The notes under the pieces: generated by a model | The model's input: only the letters and a program-made list of their open reading frames with translations | What the model was told of the DNA's origin: nothing | Database searches by the model: none | Assembly (NCBI GenBank): GCA_002269645.1 | Contig: NIVC01000692.1 | Span: 180,187 to 244,186 of the forward strand | Direction of reading: 5' to 3' | Source of the DNA: Macrostomum lignano | Lineage: Eukaryota | DNA length: 64,000 bases | Position numbers and translations under genes: made by a program | In this document: positions 54,861 to 64,000 of the stretch, one piece after another | Layout: each line of letters starts with the position of its first letter | Numbering within the stretch: the stretch's first letter is position 1

Positions 54861-55534
54861 TTGAAGAGCGATTGTCTCAGCTGTGACATGGCCGGTTTTA
54901 AGGATGTTGAAGAGCGATTGTCACAGCTGTGACATGGCCGGTTTTAAGGATGTTCAAGAGCGATTGTCTCAGCTGTGACATGGCCGGTTTTAAGGATGTT
55001 GAAGAGCGATTGTCACAGCTGTGACATGGCCGGTTTTAAGGATGTTGCAGAGCGATTGTCACAGCTGTGATATGGCCGGTTTTAAGGATGTTGAAGAGCG
55101 ATTGTCTCAGCTGTGACATGGCCGGTTTTAAGGATGTTGCAGAGCGATTGTCACAGCTGTGACATGGCCGGTTTTAAGGATGTTGAAGAGCGATTGTCTC
55201 AGCTGTGACATGGCCGGTTTTAAGGATGTTGAAGAGCGATTGTCTCAGCTGTGACATGGCCGGTTTTTAAGGATGTTGAAGAGCGATTGTCACAGCTGTG
55301 ACATGGCCGGTTTTTAAGGATGTTGAAGAGCGATTGTCACAGCTGTGACATGGCCGGTTTTTAAGGATGTTGAAGAGCGATTGTCACAGCTGTGACATGG
55401 CCGGTTTTTAAGGATGTTGAAGAGCGATTGTCACAGCTGTGACATGGCCGGTTTTTAAGGATGTTGAAGAGCGATTGTCACAGCTGTAACATGGCCGGTT
55501 TTTAAGGATGTTGAAGAGCGATTGTCACAGCTGT
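54861..55534. repeat. 46/47-bp minisatellite with an internal 16-bp perfect palindrome
   Basis: Unit GAAGAGCGATTGTCACAGCTGTGACATGGCCGGTTTTAAGGATGTT, about 14.5 copies; contains TGTCACAGCTGTGACA. Confidence 0.95.
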
Positions 55535-56469
55535 TAAGAATGATTAAGAGCGCGAGATTCTCAGAGTTAAGCGATGTATTTTCAAACATGCTTTTTAATG
55601 TTTAGAGCAACTCTATTTGAAGAATTACGCTCGTATTAACGTTAGAAAGATAAATTCAAGGAGGTTCATGTCGTCTAAGTCTGCTTCAGTCATTCGCAAG
55701 GGGCCTGGCGGTGTTTATCAGTTTACGGCTTATAGTTAAAAAAACAAACCTTGGTGATTTTAGAAAAGGACTTATGCGTTTTAGAAACTATTATAAGGCA
55801 AGAGAAACAGCCCAAACCAGAAGACTTGAGAACGGAAGGAAAAAGAAAGAAGTAAAACACCAACAAACAAGAATCAAGTTGTATTGAATAGGAAATAACA
55901 ATTAAACCGTTTTGCTTTGAGCATTGGTTTTCAAAAAATGAGTCGAGCACAAGCTAAAACAAAAATAGAGCATATAGGACGCTGATAGTAGCAATAAACG
56001 CAAATTGAAGGAAATTAAATTATTTCACCATAAAGCACACCATAGTCCTAAAATTTGGCACGTTAAAATCGCCAATTAAAGTGTATAGCTCGTACATTGT
56101 AAGAATTTTATGCAATATGCATTAAACATCGAAGATCGTGCATGTTTTTAGATTGAGTAGGCGCCCAATGGCACTTGAATATTGGCAGATTGGCGGCTCA
56201 ATATTCCACAGAAATACAGATAGGCTTTACTTGATGAGACGGTTTTGAGATCACAAAACAGGAAATTGCAACGAGCTGATATGTAGACTTTGAAACGCAT
56301 AGAGCCTAATGTTTACAATTAACCTACACCGGTGACTCTCACTACTATTGTGTGACATTCGAGAATAATTCTCAAAACTACGTGTGACATTCGAGTGATT
56401 TCAGAATCAGATCTGTCACTCAGATCTGTAATAATACAGCGACTCTCAATACCACAGTGCAACACAGGA

Positions 56470-56750
56470 GTGACTCTACCACAGTGTGACACTATAGTTA
56501 TTCTCAGCAACCACTGTGTGACACTATAGTGATTCTCAGCAACCACTGTGTGACACTATAGTTATTCTCAGCAACCACAGTGTGACACTATAGTGATTCT
56601 CAGCAACCACTGTGTGACACTACAGTTATTCTCAGCAACCCCAGTGTGACACTTTAGTGATTCTCAGCAACCACTGTGTGACACTACAGTTATTCTCAGC
56701 AACCCCAGTGTGACACTTTAGTGATTCTCAGCAACCAATGTATGACACTA
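56470..56750. repeat. 32-bp minisatellite
   Basis: Unit GTGTGACACTATAGTGATTCTCAGCAACCACT, about 8 copies. Confidence 0.9.
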
Positions 56751-57444
56751 CAATCGATATGACAATGACACTCGCTAACAAGTCACAGAGAATGAATTTA
56801 ATTTGCAAAACACCCAATAAAAGAGAAAATAAGCATAAGTAAACCCAGAGTCAGTAAACTGTAACGTTTATATTTCAGAACACACCCATAGCTTGCTGAA
56901 GAGAGACAAAAGAGAAAATGGCAGAGAAAACTTCAACCCTGTTTGAGTAGTAGAAGCCGTGCAAGCAGACTAAAATAACAACAGTTCCAATAGGACACAG
57001 GTGTGCGAGTGCGTGTGAACAGAAAAACCAATTATTAATAAAAGCAACAGTTAATAATAAGTAGGCACAATGCTGCACATATTGGTTTAAGATAAGACAA
57101 AAGCGAACACACTGGAGGGAGGCTAAACCGAAGCATGGCACAACAGAATAATTCCGACTTATTAAATATAATAATAAGAATTTAGAGACCGTGCAGAGCA
57201 GAAAGAAAGCATGATTGGAATTGGCCACAATGAGCATGCATTGATAGTTCATAGCAGACAAGATCAACAAAATCAATAGAGAACAAGCATGCAGATTGTA
57301 CGAAGCGTGCAAGGAAAAACTGCATTAACATGGCTCAGTTTGCTTATATACTTATAATTTTTTTGTCTGATCGATTATTTTATTAATGCCCAAGTTGGAA
57401 CCGTTGCGTCCTACTGAACTACTTCATAGTAGTTTTAAAATATA

Positions 57445-57755
57445 TAATAATAATAAAAATAGTACTAATAATCATAACTGCCTTAACGGGCAGATGTGCA
57501 ACCGACAGCTCAGCCGCAGCTATTGCGCGGCGCATCTGAAGGCTGCGAACTGCTGTCCAGTCCAAGGACTGGGGGGCGCCTTACACCCTCAATTACCCCA
57601 GCTAATGCTGGCACCCATTTTAAAGATGGGGGAACTGAAGCAATGCAGAATAAGGTGTCTTGCTCAAGGACACAAATTACTACGACTGGGTCATGAATCG
57701 AACCCCCGACCTTTCAGCCGTGAGTCGGACGCTCTAACCACTAGGCTACAACCCC
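57445..57755 (-). mobile_element. tRNA-derived SINE
   Basis: 5' head GGGGTTGTAGCCTAGTGGTTAGAGCGTCCGAC...GGTTCGATTC (A and B boxes), then TTGTGTCCTTGAGCAAGACAC (central segment typical of many metazoan tRNA-SINEs) and an (ATT)n-like tail. Confidence 0.8.
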
Positions 57756-57824
57756 GAATAACTTTTTAACAAAAGCTAATTGAGCCAGTAGTGACGCTAA
57801 ACAGCTGACGGAGTTATTATTCAG

Positions 57825-60800
57825 TTAATCCAACGGTTTCTCCTGAGGCAGAACGAGTAGAAACTTCTGCACAAATTCCGTCAGCTTGTCTGCAAGTGTA
57901 AAAATGTAAGGCGTAATGCTTTCTATAATAACTTTTGCTGTGCGATTGGTTAAAGATTGACTAGTTTGCAAAGACACAGAAGCCCCAAATCGTTAAGCTG
58001 CTCTGCCCCCTTCAAGTAGTGCATCAAGCAAAGAAGCATTCAAAGCAGAGAGCCGCTACCTACCGAATTTGCCCTGCAACGAGGCCGGCTTTCGTTTCCA
58101 AACAACGCCAACAAAATAGAATGGCAGGCCAGTCAGCATGACGCAGATGGAGATGAGGCTCTCCTTGGGCGATTTAACCAGCGTTATGATACAGATGAAG
58201 CTGGTGATGATGAATAGCAAGATTGGGATCGGCAGCGGCAGCTGGAATTTATCGAGCACAAACAAAAAGAGGTAAGTTCGGTTATCACAGGGATTCCAGT
58301 GCGTATCAAGAGTTCCAAATTTCATAAGCTCAGATTCATAAGCTCAGTTCGAGCCTCAGAACTTCGATCCCCAGAGTACATACCTTAAGCGACCTAGGCA
58401 ACTCGGGATGCTTAACCCGCAGCACCAATAGGCAGCCAATTGCCAATAGAATGATGGCCATGAAAGCAAATCCCGTCAGTTCAATGAGATAATCCAGCTG
58501 ATTAGTGAACAGCTGCTGGAACACTAAAGTGCAGATGCCCTGCAAAATCGGTTCAGTCACTTGAAGAGTAAATGATTAAAACAAATATTTATGCGTTATT
58601 ATGGCACCTTGGAAAGGCGTGTGCACAACAATGGCCTAATGGGTTTCCGTGCGATTCACAGCCACGAAGGCCAACTCCAAGGAACAGAGTGTACATGCCT
58701 GACGATTAGACAGTCAGGGCCGCTGTACACCCTGTGTGAGCGTGTGCTTGAGTGCGTGCCTGTGTACAGTATCCCTGTGCTTGCGTGTGCTCAGGAGTCA
58801 GAGGAATGGGCAGAATTGCCTCAGCGCTGGTTGCGATATGATGTCGCCAAAGGCGTTGCGCCAGGGTGGTCACGGCCCTCTTGCGAGTATCTTTTCATGT
58901 TTAACCAGACCCCAAGTTTACCATGAACAGCACCGAAGGCATAGGCGTCAGCCGTTTAGCGCTGACCATAGCCAGGGCGGTCGGGAAGTGACCCTCGTAG
59001 GCACCAGTAAACGCCGCCCTAGACATGCTCAATACTTCGCCATTCATGCTGCCAAATATGGCGATAGCAACGAACAGTGGCATGACAAAAGCTCCAGCGC
59101 CCATCGTCTTCTCAGCAAACGTGACGGCTACTGCGTGCGACGCTATTAACTGGTCAGGCGTAAGTACCGCCAGGTAAGCCAGGTTGGCCGTAACGTAGAT
59201 AACGGTAATTAGCGATAGGGAGATTATGATAGCCAGTGGCAGGCTTCTGGATGGTCGCTTCATCTCTTCCGTTAGAAAGTTGAGATAGTTCCTGCAAAAT
59301 GGACGGAGATCAGGCCGGGGGTTGGAGATGACGCAGAGAAACAATACAGTAGATAAAGGGAAGATAGGGGAAGATAGGGTAGGTAGGGGAAGACGGGGTA
59401 GATAGGGGAAGAGAGGTAGGCAGAGGAAGATGAGGTAGGTGGGGGAAGATGGAGAAGATAGGGTGGATAGAAGATTGGGTAGAGAGGGAAGGATAGGGTA
59501 GAGAATAGGGAAGATAGAAAAGGATAGGGTTGATAGAGAAAGCTAGAGAATAGGGAACGGGAAGGCCAGATAAAAGATAGGGGAAGACTCAGGGTAGATA
59601 GGTAGACGCTTACCAGCCGGCAAAGGCCCAGAAGCCCTGGTAGAAGGCGGATATTGTGCCTAATCCGTAGTCGCTACCTTCGAAAGAGTTTTCAAAGTTC
59701 TCAGTTTTCCCCTGGCCAAAGTAGTAAAAGCCGATAACGGTGATGATGACCAGGGCGCTGACTTTGCACACTGAGATTACAACCGCAGTCTTTGTGGCCA
59801 GTTTAACATTGATGCAGTTGATTGCGCATAGCATTGCTGCAGTTTGTTGATTGATAATAGATTGATTAGCTAAACTTTCACAATTGTATTTACAAAGTGG
59901 ACCAAGTGACAGTTAAAAATTAAGGCACGTGGTGCTTCAAATGCATGCATAATTGACGTTGTACAGAATTAACAATAAACAACTAGAAACCTAATAACTG
60001 CATTTCGACAGGGAGCTTGAATACGATAACCAATAAGATGCCCGACTTAAACATTTAACTGCCCAACAGTTTGCTGTCATTCTGAATGATTACTGGCCTG
60101 CTATCTAAGTGTGAATCTAGCAGCAGTTCGACCGGATACTAGCAGTTCAGGTAGATTCTGGCAGGTTTGGGGCAGATTCTAGCAGTTCTGGATAGATTCC
60201 AGCAGGTTTGGGATAGATTCTGGCAAGTTTGGGGCAGATTCTAGTAGTTCGGGTAGATTCTGGGAGGTTTGGAACAGATTCTAGCAGTTCGGGTAGATTC
60301 TGGCAGGTTTGGAACAGATTCTAGCAGTTCGGGTAGATTCTGGCAGGTTTGGAACAGATTCTAGCAGTTCGGGTAGATTCTGGCAGGTTTGGAACAGATT
60401 CTAGTAGTTCGGGTAGATTCTGGCAGGTTTGAGGCAGATTCTAGTAGTTCGGGTATATTCTGGCAGGTTTGGAACAGATTCTAGCAGTTCGGGTAGATTC
60501 TGGCAGGTTTGGAACAGATTCTAGTAGTTCGGGTAGATTCTGGCAGGTTTGAAACAGATTCTAGCAGTTCGGGTAGATTCTGGCAGGTTTGGAACAGATT
60601 CTAGCAGTTCGGGTAGATTCTGGCAGGTTTGGAACAGATTCTAGCAGTTCGGGTAGATTCTGGCAGGTTTGGAACAGATTCTAGTAGTTCGGGTAGATTC
60701 TGGCAGGTTTGAGGCAGATTCTAGTAGTTCGGGTATATTCTGGCAGGTTTGGAACAGATTCTAGCAGTTCGGGTAGATTCTGGCAGGTTTGGAACAGATT

Positions 60801-62688
60801 CTAGTAGTTCGGGTAGATTCTGGCAGGTTTGAAACAGATTCTAGCAGTTCGGGTAGATTTTGGAAGGTTTGAGGCAGATTCTAGTAGTTCGGGTAGATTC
60901 TGGCAGGTTTGGAACAGATTCTAGTAGTTCGGGTAGATTCTGGCAGGTTTGGAACAGATTCTAGCAGTTCGGGTAGATTCTGGCAGGTTTGGAACAGATT
61001 CTAGCAGTTCGGGTAGATTCTGGCAGGTTTGGAACAGATTCTAGCAGTTTGGGTAGATTCTGGCAGGTTTGGGGGAGATTCTGGCAGGTTTTGGGCAGAT
61101 CCTACCAGTTCGAGTAGATTAGCAGGTTTGGGGTAGATTCTACCAGTTCGGGGTAGATTCTACCAGTTTGGGGTAGATTCTACCAGTTCGGGGTAGATTC
61201 CAGCAGGGACAGATTTTATAATGATAATGATGTTAATTATTCACTACATTAGAGTACTATTAGTAAGCGTATGTTCTTGTTCTCAGTCAACCTTGCCGCA
61301 GCTTATATATTCAACAAGCAGTAAACTATAAAACGCTGCTCATACAACAAGTGTGCCAAATTTAACTGGTGCAAAAACAGAAATGAAAAGCCGAAAATAT
61401 AAGCCCTATATTAAACCGAAGAAGCAGAGACAAACTTAAAGAAGAGAAAAAAGCCAGACTAAAAGAGAAGACAGAGAGGCTTGGCATAGCGGAGGGGCAC
61501 GCAATGAAATATATAACACTCTCATTAACACTTCATAGTGCAGGGATCCAGTCCAGAGCTCCCGCTATTTGAAAGCTGACGCAGCCACATTTTTGGTGAG
61601 GAAGCCCAGCCAAAATGCCCCCGCCCTCATCAGTATGGCTCTATATGTACAGAGACAGGCTGCCTGACATGTGCTAGCGTTTTCTTCACGATTGTGCTTT
61701 TATTCAACTGAACAGTGCCATTGCAGTCTCTGCACAAACCAGCCCGCTCAGTTTTTCTCACAGAGGACGAGAGAACTTAAGACAACTGCGCTTAAAAAAA
61801 CAAGAAAAACTGAACAAAATTATATGCAGAATAAAGCCAACCTTCAAAGCTAGAACTGCAGCGCTTTCAGTTGGGTAGCAAAGTGCAAATTACGCAAACG
61901 AGTTCACAGCCTATTGCGTGACAAAACTGCCAATAATTCAGACTGGACACTCAAGTAACTCCATCACCAGGAAAGAGGAAAAGTAACGGCCGGAAAGAGG
62001 ACTTGACCGAATGAAGAACTCGGAGGGGGAATGACGACTGAAACACTCAATAGGGAGGGAGATGACTAACTGAAGAACTCAGGAGGGAGGGAGGTGACCG
62101 ACTAAAGAACTCAGGAGGGAGGGAGATGACCGACTGAAACCCGCGGTGATGGCCAGAATAAGCCAAGCTTTGCTGGGCACTCACCGACAGACAAGAAGGC
62201 GGTCATCCTGGTCAGATACTCAGGAACTTCGCATCCAACAAACAGCGGTGTGAGGCAGTACTTGGCAAACAGCAGCGAGTTAGCAGCCGTGCTAACTGCA
62301 CCAATAGCTACAAAGGTGATCCATAGCACTAAGAACGCTGGCAGCGGGCCAAGCACTTGCAGTACGTAGATGTACTCTCCGCCCGAACGGGGTATAGTAG
62401 TTCCGAGCTCAGCATAGCAGATCGAGCGCCAGAGCGCTGAACACGCCGGTGACTGCCCACATAATAAAGCTTAAGCCGACACTCTTGGACTCCTGCAGGA
62501 TACCTTTAGGCGAGACAAAAATCCCGAGCCGACAATGATGCCAATAATAAATTCCGACGCCTTGCATAACGCCAAATCTCTTTTCGCAGCTCAATCATTG
62601 GCTTCTGCTCAACAACCACTGACGAATTGGCATCATCAGCTGTGGCGCTGTTATTATTAACATTGTTTTTACTTCCGGGACGCTTCAT
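57825..62688 (-). CDS. L-type amino acid transporter light chain (SLC7A5-A11 / LAT family), about 497 aa; exon 1 frameshifted in this sequence
   Basis: Exons 62688-62185, 59836-59614, 59291-58922, 58539-58384, 58241-58064, 57889-57825, all GT-AG; phases are consistent once a net +2 nt in exon 1 is corrected. Motifs: GIFVSPKGIL, YAELGTTIPRSGGEY, GFWAFAGWNYLNFLTEE, GSMNG, GHFP..L, QKFLLVLPQE. Confidence 0.88.
59350..59600. repeat. Degenerate purine-rich tract in SLC7 intron 2
   Basis: GGGAAGATAGG-like units. Confidence 0.7.
60115..61205. repeat. 40-bp (2 x 20-bp) minisatellite in SLC7 intron 1
   Basis: Unit GGTAGATTCTGGCAGGTTTGGAACAGATTCTAGCAGTTCG, resolving into 20-bp monomers at the edges. 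Confidence 0.95.
61990..62135. repeat. Short ~32-bp tandem repeat near the SLC7 intron 1 donor
   Basis: ACTGAAGAACTCAGGAGGGAGGGAG(G/A)TGAC-like unit, about 4 copies. Confidence 0.7.
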
Positions 62689-64000
62689 AATTTTGTCTTT
62701 TAGTTGCTTCAGTTCTCCGACTTTGCGCTGCTTGGCTGAATTTTTTCAGCGCGTATTTCTTTAAACTTTTGCGTGCGACTCAAAATAACTGCAGCTGAAA
62801 TCGAATACGATTTGCACGTGACTTTACTTCTTGTGCTTATCTTTTTACTAACCGAATTTTCTAGCACTTGTGAGTGATGATGAACTCTTCTAATTTTACG
62901 AAATGCAATTTCGTCATTTTATTATATACACGAGAAATGAATGAATGGGGCACGCCTCTCTCCACCCCTCTATCTCTCTCTCTCTCTTTATTTTTTTGTA
63001 CACTAGCAAGGAGGCCAACTATCAGAATCTGGAGTAAGCAACTCTTTCCTAAAGCCTTGGATATCAGACAATTGTAGGCTGGCTGCAGTTTTGACAGTTT
63101 ACACACAAAATATAGGCAATTTATGATCAATTTGGTTTCATTTTAAAGCTAGTTAAACCCACCGTACGACCGTACACTTGAAAATTATATTGTATTCTAA
63201 AAAACAGCCTCAGAACTAGTTTACATAGTTTTCAAAACACAAAAATGTCCATCTATCAAACTATAGACTTGCTGTTCAAGCCTCCTTGAAACTACGCACA
63301 AGTACGCCTGCGCGCGAAGCCATGAAGGCTAACTGGCTATACAGCTAGCTAGAGCTTAGCCCCTATTCAGCCAAGTAGAGGGGTCAGAGGGGGAGAGGTG
63401 CGATATAAAAAGGCTTGGAATACTATAGATGCTGCAAAAAGACTAATGCATAATTGGAGCAGCCGTTGTCAGACCTGTCAGTCAGTCATTCAGAGACAAA
63501 TATTAGAGAATATTTATCGTCAGAAACCAAACTGGGGGAACCCCTAACTCCTCACACATTAAGCAATGCCATTGGTGATTTCGTAACGTGCTAAGGAACC
63601 GCGAGCATGCAAAAGTAGCGTCACTCGGCGCCAGCACCATAGCCGCCTAAGCTATACTGTAATGGACGCCCCTTGGCTACTATTGGGTTAGCTGAAAACA
63701 TCAGTACACAATTTGCCACCTAAAAGCCTCAGTTAAGAGGTTTTTTCTGTTGATGACTCCAGATATTATAAACAATAAAGGTCTTAACGATATCTTGCAC
63801 TGCTCAAAGAACTGCACTCGAGCATAGTCAATAAAGCCAATCAAGTGAACAGCCTGCAAGCTGCAAATCCAACCGAGCTTCAATCAAAGCAAGTATTCTG
63901 GCCGCAGGACTTGATTTCTACACTTGGTGCTGATTTTGAAAGAAATTGTCCACTTGACTGGTTTTATTGTCTATATGGTCCAGTGCATTTCTGTGGCAGC

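Noticed and set aside
54861-55534. CRISPR-like array (palindromic repeats at regular spacing)
   Set aside because: The sequence between palindromes is identical from unit to unit, so there are no unique spacers. No cas genes, and the context is eukaryotic.
57680-57755. Second tRNA gene
   Set aside because: Has A and B boxes but no paired acceptor stem, and continues into a SINE body and tail.
63834-64000. Open frame running off the right edge
   Set aside because: Only about 55 codons, with no start codon or recognisable motif.

Overview
Eukaryotic (metazoan) genomic DNA; nothing here looks prokaryotic. GC-rich exons, a private minisatellite in most introns and very large tandem arrays recall a Macrostomum-like flatworm assembly, but that is an impression only. 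I reconstructed four spliced genes by hand: a mitochondrial carrier of the SLC25A39/40 family (+, 3 exons, one GC-AG intron), a 4xSH3 endocytic adaptor (+, 4 exons), a complete Mi-2/CHD3-4-5 remodeller (-, 10 exons, about 1862 aa) and an SLC7/LAT-type amino-acid transporter (-, 6 exons, four clustered indels in exon 1). There is also a single-pass membrane protein ORF, a tRNA-His(GUG), a tRNA-derived SINE, several MITEs with verifiable TIRs/TSDs and a MULE-PHD relic. Two observations stand out. (1) A 2.5-kb TIR DNA transposon in CHD intron 7 carries a decayed reading frame running from a Harbinger/ISL2EU-like transposase C-terminus through a SWIM-like motif into a ubiquitin-specific protease (USP/C19) domain. 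(2) An intronless antisense ORF nested in CHD intron 2 has all nine Trp residues in one heptad register (candidate Trp-zipper coiled coil). All homology calls come from motif recognition by eye; no database search was run.
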